NCBI GenBank assembly: GCA_050949565.1
Contig: JBMNFY010000008.1
Span: 1 to 64,000 of the forward strand
Length of the DNA stretch: 64,000 bases
DNA from: Kiritimatiellia bacterium
GTDB lineage: Bacteria > Verrucomicrobiota > Kiritimatiellia > RFP12 > UBA1067
Direction: 5' to 3'
Shown: positions 1 to 9,396 of the stretch, in pieces
Position numbering within the stretch: position 1 is the stretch's first letter
How the letters are laid out: every line of letters starts with the position of its first letter
The notes under the pieces: generated by a model
Databases searched by the model: none
Told to the model about the DNA's origin: nothing
What the model saw: only the letters and a program-made list of their open reading frames with translations
Program-made: the position numbers and the translations under genes

Positions 1-2
1 AA

Positions 3-2039
3 GTGAAGTTGCGTGACATCTATGAAGAAACGGGGGGGGAAGAATCGAGGAAGGCCGATTATAGTCATGCCATTAACAGAATAGAGCAGGAACTCATTGA
101 CAGATACACCATAAACGAAAAACCGCCGGAAATCGAGTGGTCCAACCTCTATGCGTTTGACGTTGAACTCTATTACCCCTTCAAACCGGCTCCGGTTCCG
201 GATTACGCATACCTGTGGATGAGCGTCACGACCAATTCACCGCCCCTTTTCATTGCGACCCGAGCGCCGTACGGCTGGCTGGAAGACTATGACGACGACG
301 CCTCGTTCGGGCGTGTTCTCTTTGGACGCTGGAATAGCGCACTGGCGGCAACCACGAACGCCGTTCCGATCCCCGTAACCGACGATATCGTCTGGTCGTT
401 CATACAGACGAATGCGGTGTTGTTGACTTACGTCAACCACCCCGAAGCCTTCGACACCGCAACGAACCAGACAGAAATCGCGACAGCGTTTAGCTCCTTG
501 TGGAGTGCGACATACACAAATGATTTGGCGGCTTCGACCACCAACCAGCCTTTCAGCTTGGCTTTGTGGACAACCACACGGTGGTTCACCAATCGAGTGA
601 CGCAAGCGGTGCTCGCTGATGATGTCGATACGGTCAACACCATCCTCCGGACGCCTTACACGGATGTCAACTGGGACGACGGCAAGGGCTGGGCGGAAAC
701 TTTCAGGGAACTTTTCAGTAAGACATCCGCAGCGCAATTTGGCGAGTATGAGCCCTTCCCCATAGAAAAGGAACACTTCATCGACAATGATTTTTATGTT
801 TACAACAACACCAACAACCTTGTCTGTTTTCCGTATGCAGTGACAAACTTTGCCGAAAATGGCATTGATCCTGAGTTTATCACCGTCCGATTCGCGCCAC
901 TGGAAGATGAAGACGAAGGTGGTAACGAAACGTCGTATGGCTACGATCAGCGAAAAGCCTGGTTGCGCGCCATGGTCACTGTCAGCGAAATCGATCTTCC
1001 CGTTCTCGATCATATCGATCTTCCCGTTCTCGATCATGTGGATGTGGTCGGAATACCTGAACCTGTGGATGAGGCTCTGTTGTTAAGAGATGGAAACGAA
1101 ACAAACGGATACTATCAAAGCTGGAGCAAAGCGGGCTCACTCAGCATTGACGAACCCCGTGATAACGCTTGGGCTGATAAATGGAAGTGGTTTGACAAGA
1201 ACAAGGACACTCTCGGAGAAAAGAATAACAATGAGTTTATCGCTGAAAAACCGTTCATTCACTACGACCGTCCCTTCTTGTCGATCAGTGAACTGGGGCA
1301 TGTCAACGTAGCGGTTTTCGCCAATATCGTCGATGGGAAGCTTACGCCCGATGCGTTGCAAAATCTTAAGCACCCATCCGGTGATGAAACTATTCGACGC
1401 GACACAATTGATTTTACAACGCGCTCGGGCGCGTCGCTACTGGACAAGTTTAGCCTTGGCATTTTCAAAACGCCCACGCGCGGGCTCGTGCAGGCCAACA
1501 CCACGGATGGCATGGTTCTGTACCACCTCCACAGCGATCTCAAACTGGGATGGACCAACTGGTTTGATTCTTCCGGATATGCAACCGTTAACGACCCTAG
1601 TCTCATCTCGGATCTTGTTGACAATTGGACGAACACCCTCTTAAGGAGTGACGCGTATGCATTCGACTGGGCACCTGATAAAAATGGGTGTCCGGGGTGG
1701 TCTTCTTATGCCGACATGCTCCCCGATTTGGGGACAAACTTGCTCGTACATCAAAAAGGACTGATTGCACGTCTTCCTGAAGGATTGGCTGATGTGGAAG
1801 GAAACGAATATGACACATACGACTGGACTGAGGACATCCTGCGGGGCATAGTGACCAAAAACCAGATCTCCTTCCGCCAGAACATCTTTGTGATCGTGAT
1901 CGCGGCGCAGACGCTCTCGCCCGTCTCCACACCGTCGCGCCCGGTGGTGCTCGCGGACCAGCGCGCCGCCGTCACCGTGATCCGCGACGCCTTCACCGGC
2001 CGCTGGACGATCCACGATTGGCGCTGGCTCACTGAATAA
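3..2039 (+). CDS. 5'-truncated large hypothetical protein, possibly a PilX/GspK-like pilus-assembly or pseudopilin-associated protein
   Basis: 678-codon ORF open from the window edge. The beta-rich C-terminus (SFRQNIFVIVIAAQ...ADQRAAVTVIRDAFTGRW) resembles GspK/PilX-type tails. Product assignment is weak. Confidence 0.5.
   Translation: MKLRDIYEETGGEESRKADYSHAINRIEQELIDRYTINEKPPEIEWSNLYAFDVELYYPFKPAPVPDYAYLWMSVTTNSPPLFIATRAPYGWLEDYDDDASFGRVLFGRWNSALAATTNAVPIPVTDDIVWSFIQTNAVLLTYVNHPEAFDTATNQTEIATAFSSLWSATYTNDLAASTTNQPFSLALWTTTRWFTNRVTQAVLADDVDTVNTILRTPYTDVNWDDGKGWAETFRELFSKTSAAQFGEYEPFPIEKEHFIDNDFYVYNNTNNLVCFPYAVTNFAENGIDPEFITVRFAPLEDEDEGGNETSYGYDQRKAWLRAMVTVSEIDLPVLDHIDLPVLDHVDVVGIPEPVDEALLLRDGNETNGYYQSWSKAGSLSIDEPRDNAWADKWKWFDKNKDTLGEKNNNEFIAEKPFIHYDRPFLSISELGHVNVAVFANIVDGKLTPDALQNLKHPSGDETIRRDTIDFTTRSGASLLDKFSLGIFKTPTRGLVQANTTDGMVLYHLHSDLKLGWTNWFDSSGYATVNDPSLISDLVDNWTNTLLRSDAYAFDWAPDKNGCPGWSSYADMLPDLGTNLLVHQKGLIARLPEGLADVEGNEYDTYDWTEDILRGIVTKNQISFRQNIFVIVIAAQTLSPVSTPSRPVVLADQRAAVTVIRDAFTGRWTIHDWRWLTE
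990..1037 (+). repeat. Perfect in-frame 24-bp tandem duplication (IDLPVLDH x2)
   Basis: atcgatcttcccgttctcgatcat at 990-1013 and 1014-1037. Confidence 0.95.
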
Positions 2040-2056
2040 ACGACATCGTCTGGGGA

Positions 2057-2086
2057 TTGACGCTGCGGGCCGTTCACCGGTATGAT
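2057..2086 (+). promoter_or_regulatory. Putative sigma70 promoter
   Basis: TTGACG-18 bp-TATGAT upstream of RBS AAGGAG and ATG 2108. Confidence 0.55.
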
Positions 2087-2107
2087 TGGGCCATTAAGGA
2101 GAAGAGC

Positions 2108-2887
2108 ATGAGCCCCTTTAACAACACCATCCCATTCCGTCGTACAGTCCTCGTGACCGTGCTTGCGGCAGGCGTATGTCTCACCGCCATCGCACAAGAG
2201 GCCCCGCAGGCGTCAGCCGCGTCCGAAGCCCCGATGCGGGCGTGGACATCAATCAATGGCAACATCGTTGAAGGGGCCTTTGTCAAAGAAGAGAACGGCA
2301 AGGTCTTCCTTAAACGGCCAGATGGCTCCATCGTCGCCACCACACGCGCTAAGCTCTCGCCGAACGACTTGCTCTGGATCGACGCGCGTTTAAATCCTGA
2401 GAAAGTAGCCAAAACCGAATCGTTCGCGAAAGCCACTCAGCTTGAGATCAACAAGATGGAGGGGCACAAGAAGGTTCGCCGCCTTATCCTCCATACCTAC
2501 ACGAAGCTCACCAATAACGACCGTGACGACAAGATGCTCGCCTTCCTCATACGCGATGCGTTTTCAATGTACGGCTGGCAGTACATCGGAGCGGACTGCT
2601 ATCTCACCAAATCCGGAAAAAAAGGAAAAATTAAGGAGATGCAGTTCATGCCTCAGGAGCCCGTGCCCCTACGCGAGGCGGTCCAGATGACCCGGGACAA
2701 GTTCACGCTTGCGCTGCCCGATCCCGTCATCGTCAAGGAGATTTCGGAAGACGGGGATACCTTTTGGGAGGTCCAAGGCGCGCCGCCCTATGTTTCGCGC
2801 ATTCTGTTGCTCGTTGATCCCGGTACCCAAAACATCAAACGCTTCGATTTCACCTTCCCGCCGCCCGGCAAGGCTGCGACTCGATAG
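2108..2887 (+). CDS. Secreted SHD1 (SLA1 homology domain 1)-like protein
   Basis: Signal peptide followed by RAWTSINGNIVEGAFV...VFLKRPDG...KLSPND, the typical SHD1 pattern. RBS precedes ATG 2108. Confidence 0.7.
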   Translation: MSPFNNTIPFRRTVLVTVLAAGVCLTAIAQEAPQASAASEAPMRAWTSINGNIVEGAFVKEENGKVFLKRPDGSIVATTRAKLSPNDLLWIDARLNPEKVAKTESFAKATQLEINKMEGHKKVRRLILHTYTKLTNNDRDDKMLAFLIRDAFSMYGWQYIGADCYLTKSGKKGKIKEMQFMPQEPVPLREAVQMTRDKFTLALPDPVIVKEISEDGDTFWEVQGAPPYVSRILLLVDPGTQNIKRFDFTFPPPGKAATR

Positions 2888-2909
2888 CAGCCGAATCGCA
2901 GCCAAGGAA

Positions 2910-3064
2910 AATTTAGGAGTTAGGATTTAGGAGTTAAGAGTTTTTCGACGTTCGGCGTTCACAAAATGGCGGCGTTTACGCCGCCCCCACCCGCAGCACC
3001 CGCAGTCCCGGCAGTGCCCTCCTAAAAAAATCTGCGTAATCTGTGCCCATCTGTGGATAAAAAA
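2910..3064. repeat. Cluster of short tandem-repeat triads (7-mer TTAGGAG, 9-mer CCGCAGNNC, ATCTGYG)
   Basis: ttaggagttaggatttaggagttaagag; ccgcagcacccgcagtcccggcagtgccc; atctgcgtaatctgtgcccatctgtgg. Confidence 0.8.
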
Positions 3065-3085
3065 CCTGGCCATGCGCGGTCGAGG

Positions 3086-3114
3086 TTGAACCCGCTGCCC
3101 GCTTACGCTATACT
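3086..3114 (+). promoter_or_regulatory. Putative sigma70 promoter
   Basis: TTGAAC-17 bp-TATACT upstream of the PTS-IIA/CBS gene. Confidence 0.6.
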
Positions 3115-3172
3115 CTGCTTATCGTGACGGCATAAAGACGAAATTGACGAACAGCGGTTGCTGGCCAGGTAA

Positions 3173-4126
3173 ATGGGAGCGGTTGAAAGCATGCAAAAAA
3201 AAGAAGCGCCCGCGAAAAACGGTCTCGCGTTGACATCGTTTTTTAACGTGGAGGATATTCTGATTCATCAGGAGGACATCTCCCGGAATCAGTTGATTCG
3301 ACACCTGCTGAAACATCTGGCCGACAGGCACGACATCACGGGGATTGATGCGTATTACGACGCCATTGTCGAACGTGAAAACGCGAATGACACGGTGATT
3401 GCCAACGGAATCGCTATCCCGCATGCGCGCCTCGACGCGCTGGAGCGTCCCTACGTTAGCGTCGCTACGTCTGCGAAGGGGATATCCTTCGTTGAGGACA
3501 CCCCCCCCGTCCACCTGATCCTGTTGGTCCTGATCCCGCGTGACCAGCCCGGCCTCTATTTGCAGATTCTGCGTTCGCTTGCCTCTGTTTTGCGCGACCG
3601 CAACGCCGCGAAAACGGTCGCAAGCCTCAACAGCGCCGAAGAGATCATGCACTTTTTCGAGCGGGGCGGCGTCGTGCTTCCCGAATACGTGTGCGCAGCC
3701 GACCTCATGAGCAAGGAGTTCATCACGCTGGGTAGCAACGACAGCCTTGAGACCGCGATCGACTGTTTTATCAGCGAAAACCTCAGCGAAATACCGGTGG
3801 TCGACCGCGACGGCGAGATGGTCGGTGTGGTCTGCGCCGGCAACCTGCTCAAGGTCTGTCTGCCGGAATACCTGCTCTGGATGACCGATTTGTCGCCGAT
3901 CATCAATTTCGAGCCGTTCGTCAATGTGTTGCGCAACGAACAAAACACATGGATTTCCGACATCCTGCTTGATGATTTTGCATCGGTCCAAATAAAGGAT
4001 CCGGCCGTTTCCGTGGCCGGCGAAATGACCCGATGCAATGCCTCGATCTGTTATGTGTTGGACGATAAGAAACTGATGGGGATTATCGACCTTCCCATCT
4101 TTTTGAACAAGATTTTCAGGGAGTAA
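3173..4126 (+). CDS. PTS EIIA (PtsN/fructose-type) domain fused to a CBS-domain pair
   Basis: ERE...TVIANGIAIPHAR phospho-His motif; C-terminal CBS pair (AADLMS...IPVVDRDGEMVGVV). Confidence 0.85.
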   Translation: MGAVESMQKKEAPAKNGLALTSFFNVEDILIHQEDISRNQLIRHLLKHLADRHDITGIDAYYDAIVERENANDTVIANGIAIPHARLDALERPYVSVATSAKGISFVEDTPPVHLILLVLIPRDQPGLYLQILRSLASVLRDRNAAKTVASLNSAEEIMHFFERGGVVLPEYVCAADLMSKEFITLGSNDSLETAIDCFISENLSEIPVVDRDGEMVGVVCAGNLLKVCLPEYLLWMTDLSPIINFEPFVNVLRNEQNTWISDILLDDFASVQIKDPAVSVAGEMTRCNASICYVLDDKKLMGIIDLPIFLNKIFRE

Positions 4127-4132
4127 TGTTCC

Positions 4133-5696
4133 ATGTACAGCGAACCAGTTGTTGCCACACCCCCTCTGCGCGCACTTATTAAAGTCGGATTCATGGCCGC
4201 GATCATCGCCTTCGTCGGCTGGGGAGCGCATCGGATCGGACTCGCGCCGACCCCCCTCGCGGTAATTGCGGTCTGCACGTTTGTCACCGTGATCTGCACG
4301 ACGCTGCTTTTCTGGACGCACCGCGTTGCGGTCGCTTTCCTCGGCGTGGCAGTGCTCATCGGCACGCGCGCCATGACGCTGCACGGCATGCTGCGCGCCA
4401 CCGAACTTGACATCATCTTCTTTCTGATCGGCATGATGATCATCGTCGGCGCCCTGAAGGATCTCGGTTTTCTCACTTGGGTCATTCAGGCAATCATCAA
4501 CAGAAAGCAGATGAACGGCGCGACCTTTACGATCATCCTCTGTGGCTTGTCGGCTCTGCTGTCCAGTGTTGTAGACGAGGTTTCCTCCATCGTGGTGGTG
4601 CTGGCTCTGGTTTTTCAGGTCTGCGACACGCTCAAGATCCGGTCAGCCCCCTTTGTGATGATGGCGGTGCTCTGCACCAACATCGGTTCTGCCGCCACCA
4701 TGCTCGGCAATCCGGTCGGCATCTTCATCGGCAACAAAGCGGGCTTCAACTTCAGCCAGTTCCTCACCGGTGCCACGCCCATCGCATTCGTTTCATTGTT
4801 GGCCACGCTCGGCATCATCCTCTTCTGGTACCGCAAAAGCATTCATGAAATGACGGTCGTCATGCATGAACACCGCCAGACGCACCACGGGCTGGGTCCG
4901 CTGATCCGCATCCCCTACCGGCGCGGCCTCTTCGTGCTGATCGCCACGGTCTGCATCATCGCCTTCCATCACCAGATCGAAAACATCCTCGGCCTGACCG
5001 GCGCGGAAAACAAGAACGCCTTTCTCATCATCACGCCGCTGATCATCGCCGGCCTGCTGATGATCTCGAAGCCGAACCGCGCACGCCACTACATCGAGCA
5101 CGACGTGGAGTGGTGGACGCTGCTCTTTTTCATGCTGCTCTTTGCGATTGCCGGCGGGCTCGAAGAACAGGGCATCACGCGCAATCTGGCAAACAAGTTG
5201 ACGAGCACCGTCAAGGGCGGCCCCACGGCCATGGTGCCGTTCGTGCTGGCGATCTCGGCAGCCGGATCGGCCTTCGTGGACAACATCGTGTTCGTCGCCG
5301 CTTTCACGCCAGTGATCCAAACGCTCGTCGAAAGCTCGTCGGACTACACCATACTCTGGTGGGCGCTGCTTTTCGGCGCCTGCTTCGGCGGCAACATCAC
5401 AGCGATCGGCTCCACGGCGAACATCGTGGCCTTGGGGCTGCTTGAAAAACGCGGCCACGTGCATATCGCATTCTTCGAGTGGCTGAAGATCGGCCTGCTC
5501 GTCGGCTGTCGTCACCTGTCTGATCGCATGGGCGATGCTCACCGTTATGCCGATGCCCCGCCCGGCGAACCACCACCCTGCCCCGGCTGAGCAGCAGCGA
5601 AGCGGGAAGCCCGCCGTCTTACTCCGTCCCCTTCACCGACGACTGCCTTCAGTGACTCCATGCTGCCATCGGCGATTACCAAAAAAATGCTCCTGA
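4133..5696 (+). CDS. ArsB/NhaD (SLC13/IT superfamily) permease with an apparent +1 frameshift near 5507
   Basis: Many TM segments; NIGSAATMLGNP, SAFVDNI and GGNITAIGSTANIV motifs. The last TM helix (VVTCLIAWAMLTVM) lies in another frame; the computed ORF ends at 5590. Confidence 0.8.
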
Positions 5697-8600
5697 ACTG
5701 GGGCGGCGACGCCGTGTACGCGCAGGCCGAAAACATGGTCCGCAAAGGGCTTGTCATGAAGGCCGACATGCAGGGCGACTTGATCAGCGGTGTGATTGCG
5801 CGCGAATCCGCGACTGAAATCTACTCCAAGCTGAAGGTGCGACCCGACGGAACCATTGAGAGCCTCTGCCCCTGCTCGACCAACCGCAACCTCGGACTGG
5901 TCTGTCCGCATGTGGTCGCGCTCGGTATTACCCTCATGTTGCGCCACGCCGACCCGCTGCGCGAACAGGCGTACCGCGAAGAACAGCGCCGCGCACGCCG
6001 CCTCGAAGCGATCGACGCCGCAGCCTACATCCAGCGCAGTACGCGCGGCATACCTGCCCGCGTCCAATTGTCGCTACCGCCGACTTGGACCGCCGACTTC
6101 TGGCACGGTCAGGTGGCGCTCCGGCTTCAGTTCATCGTAGACGGACGCGCGATCGCCCCTGAAGCACTGCCCCAGCATATCACCCTCGCACTCTCTGCCG
6201 AAGAGGATGCGCTCCTCGCCGTCCTTGAGGACATCTGCGAAGGACCTCCGCCCGAACGTAGTACTCTCGCCGCTGCCGACCTGCTGAATGTGCTGACCAT
6301 CGCCGCCCGCGCCATCGTGCAGGTCGAAGGCGCGGAGACGCTCACCATCGAAAGCGTGCCGATGCCGGTCACGCTGCAAGTGGATCTGGATCAGGACTCA
6401 GGCGAACTGCTGATCTATCCCTATGCGGTGCTACCCCACACCCGCGAAGGTGAACTGCCGCTCTTTCTCGTCAATGGACGCCGGGGGCTGATCCTTGCGA
6501 GCGGGCACCTGTGGCCGATGAAAAACATCCTGCCGCTCCCCTACCACAGCATCTACCGGCAGGATGAAATCGTCACACGCGACCGCGTCATCAACTTTCT
6601 ACGACGTGACCTCCCCCACCTCCAGTCGCTCATCCAGGTCGAACTAGAAGTAGAGCCCGACCTCTTCACAGCCACTCCCGGCACCCCGGCGTTTCATCTA
6701 GCACTGCAAGGCAGCGCCGCTTCACTGCGCGCAACCTTAACCGCCGTTTACGGCGAGCAACGCCTCGCAGCGGGGCGACCGGACACGCAGGCGGAGTTCG
6801 CACAGCCGGACCCAACCGACATTTTGGCGTACCAGACGCGCAACATGCCCGCAGAGCAAGCCGCGCTCGCACGTCTGGCGCAACTGGGCTTCTCGGACGA
6901 GGGCGACTCCGGTACGCTGGTGGGCACGCGCGAAGTCTTGAATTTCTTCGGCAGCGGCTACCCGTCACTGATCCGCGCCGGATGGAAGGTCAGCCTCTCG
7001 AATAGACTGCTCGGCCTGCTGGACGAACTGCCGGTGGTCACGCCGGTGGTGCAGATCACCGAGCAACGCGCCGGATGGTTCGATGTCGGCTACACCTTCG
7101 AGTTGCCCGGCCGCGGCACCCTGCCGCCCGCCAACGTGCAGCGCGCCATCAACTGCGGCGACTCGTTCATCAAACTCGGAGACGAGACTGTGTTGATCGA
7201 TTGCGAGGCGGTGGAAGCGATGCGCACCGTCTTCACCGATTGCCGCAGCCGCGAAAGCACCCGCCCGGGTCACTTCCTGCTACCGTCGGTCTATGCCCCC
7301 TTTGTCCAGGCCTCGCTCAACGCCCTCGACGGCATCGACGTCGAAGACCCGCCGGACTGGCGTGAGAAGGCAGCCACGCGTAACCGCGCCGACAATCGCC
7401 GCCTTTCGCCGGTTCCGCTTGGAGCGCTCGAAAGCACGCTGCGCCCCTATCAGAAGGATGGCGTCTACTGGCTCGCATTCCTTGAAAACAGCGGGTTCAA
7501 TGGCCTGCTTGCCGACGAGATGGGCCTCGGCAAAACACTGCAAACTTTGACCTGGCTCAGCCTGCCGCGCTCCGACCCCGAAGCGGCAGGCAAACCGGCG
7601 CTGGTGGTCTGCCCCACCAGTCTGGTCGAGAACTGGAACCGTGAAGCCGAAACCTTCGTGCCCCACTTGCGGCGTCTGGTGATCAACGGCCCCGACCGGA
7701 ACGCGCTCTTTGCCAAGATCCCCGAGAGTGATCTGGTGATCACCTCCTACGCCTTGCTGCGCCGCGACCTTGACGCCTACCGGCCGTTCCTCTTTTCAAC
7801 CGTCGTGCTGGACGAGGCCCAGCACATCAAAAACCGCTCCACCTTGAACGCGCTCGCCGCGAAGCAACTCCATGCGGTCAACCGCCTGGTACTGACCGGC
7901 ACGCCGGTCGAGAACAGCGTCGCCGATATCTGGTCGATCATGGACTTCCTGATGCCGGACTATCTGGGCGACTACGAGACCTTCCGCGCCAATTACGAGC
8001 AGCCGATCGCCGCCGGCGACCGCGAGGGCGAACTGGCCCAAGCCAAATTGCGGCGCAAGATTCATCCATTCCTTTTGCGGCGTCTGAAAAAGGATGTGGC
8101 CAAAGACCTGCCCGACAAGATCACCAAGGTCTCCTTCTGCACACTGACGCTCGACCAGCAACGCGTCTACAACGACCTGCTCGCCGAGTCGCGCCGCAAG
8201 GTGGGCGACCTCGTCAGCGCCAAAGGGTTCGACCGCTCCCGCTTTGAGATCTTGGCGATTCTGATGCGCCTGCGCCAAGTGTGCTGTCATCTCGACCTGC
8301 TCAAGGATCACCACGAGCCGGGCACGTATGAAGCGCCCTCCGCCAAGTTGGACGCCTTTATGGAACTGTTGGACGAAGCTGTCGACGGCGGCCACCGTAT
8401 TCTGGTCTTTAGCCAGTTTGTCCGCATGTTGAAAATTTTGCGTGAAGCGCTGGAGCAACACGGCCATAGCTACTGCTATCTGGACGGCTCCACGCAAGAC
8501 CGCTTGCAGCAATGCCGCCGCTTCAACCTCAACCCCGACATTCCGGTCTTCCTGATCAGCCTCAAAGCCGGTGGCACCGGCCTGAACCTGACCGGCGCCG

Positions 8601-8851
8601 ATATGGTCGTCCACTTCGATCCGTGGTGGAATCCGGCGGTCGAAGATCAAGCCACCGACCGCGCCCACCGCATCGGCCAGAAGCGCACGGTCTACAGCAT
8701 CAAAATGATCGCCGAGCACACCGTCGAGGAGAAGGTGCTGGAGATGCAGCGCCGCAAGCAGGCGGTCATCAACGCCACGGTCGGCGTCACTGACGAAGCC
8801 GTGATGCAGAAACTTTCATTCGACGACATCCGCAATCTGATCGGCCTATGA
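5660..8851 (+). CDS. SWIM zinc-finger plus SNF2-family helicase
   Basis: SWIM CxC...CPH; LADEMGLGKT, DEAQ, LTGTPVEN and QATDRAHRIGQ helicase motifs. Confidence 0.95.
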   Translation: MLPSAITKKMLLNWGGDAVYAQAENMVRKGLVMKADMQGDLISGVIARESATEIYSKLKVRPDGTIESLCPCSTNRNLGLVCPHVVALGITLMLRHADPLREQAYREEQRRARRLEAIDAAAYIQRSTRGIPARVQLSLPPTWTADFWHGQVALRLQFIVDGRAIAPEALPQHITLALSAEEDALLAVLEDICEGPPPERSTLAAADLLNVLTIAARAIVQVEGAETLTIESVPMPVTLQVDLDQDSGELLIYPYAVLPHTREGELPLFLVNGRRGLILASGHLWPMKNILPLPYHSIYRQDEIVTRDRVINFLRRDLPHLQSLIQVELEVEPDLFTATPGTPAFHLALQGSAASLRATLTAVYGEQRLAAGRPDTQAEFAQPDPTDILAYQTRNMPAEQAALARLAQLGFSDEGDSGTLVGTREVLNFFGSGYPSLIRAGWKVSLSNRLLGLLDELPVVTPVVQITEQRAGWFDVGYTFELPGRGTLPPANVQRAINCGDSFIKLGDETVLIDCEAVEAMRTVFTDCRSRESTRPGHFLLPSVYAPFVQASLNALDGIDVEDPPDWREKAATRNRADNRRLSPVPLGALESTLRPYQKDGVYWLAFLENSGFNGLLADEMGLGKTLQTLTWLSLPRSDPEAAGKPALVVCPTSLVENWNREAETFVPHLRRLVINGPDRNALFAKIPESDLVITSYALLRRDLDAYRPFLFSTVVLDEAQHIKNRSTLNALAAKQLHAVNRLVLTGTPVENSVADIWSIMDFLMPDYLGDYETFRANYEQPIAAGDREGELAQAKLRRKIHPFLLRRLKKDVAKDLPDKITKVSFCTLTLDQQRVYNDLLAESRRKVGDLVSAKGFDRSRFEILAILMRLRQVCCHLDLLKDHHEPGTYEAPSAKLDAFMELLDEAVDGGHRILVFSQFVRMLKILREALEQHGHSYCYLDGSTQDRLQQCRRFNLNPDIPVFLISLKAGGTGLNLTGADMVVHFDPWWNPAVEDQATDRAHRIGQKRTVYSIKMIAEHTVEEKVLEMQRRKQAVINATVGVTDEAVMQKLSFDDIRNLIGL

Positions 8852-9360
8852 TGAACACACCCAGCACACCCTTGTCTCCCGAGTTCCACGCCCACTTCAT
8901 GCGGCTCGCCCTGCGCGAAGCCGCCAAAGCCGCAGAGGCCGGCGAAGTACCCACCGGTTGCGTCATCATCCGCCGCCCGGAATCGGACGAAGTACCGATT
9001 GCGGCGATCCGTGTTTTGGGACGCGCCCATAACCAGACCGAGATGTTGAAGGACGCCACGGCACACGCCGAAATGATCGCGCTCACCCAAGCCGCCGCCG
9101 CAACGGGCGACTGGCGGCTGACGGACGCCATCCTGTACGTGACCAAAGAGCCGTGCTGCATGTGTGCCGGCGCAATTGTGTTGGCGCGCGTTCCGCTGGT
9201 GGTCTGGGGACTCTCCGATCCCAAACGCGGCGGCCACTCAGTCTTTTCGATCCTGAACCATCCCGATCTCAATCACCGCCCCGAAATACAATCCGGTATT
9301 CTTGAACCCGAATGCCGCGCCATCCTGCAAGACTTCTTCAAAGAACGCCGCAGCGAGTGA
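8848..9360 (+). CDS. tadA: tRNA-specific adenosine deaminase
   Basis: AHAE and EPCCMC zinc motifs, GEVP, C-terminal FFKERR. Confidence 0.9.
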   Translation: MMNTPSTPLSPEFHAHFMRLALREAAKAAEAGEVPTGCVIIRRPESDEVPIAAIRVLGRAHNQTEMLKDATAHAEMIALTQAAAATGDWRLTDAILYVTKEPCCMCAGAIVLARVPLVVWGLSDPKRGGHSVFSILNHPDLNHRPEIQSGILEPECRAILQDFFKERRSE

Positions 9361-9396
9361 ACGCAAGTGTGCGGTTTTTTGAATCCACAGATGACA

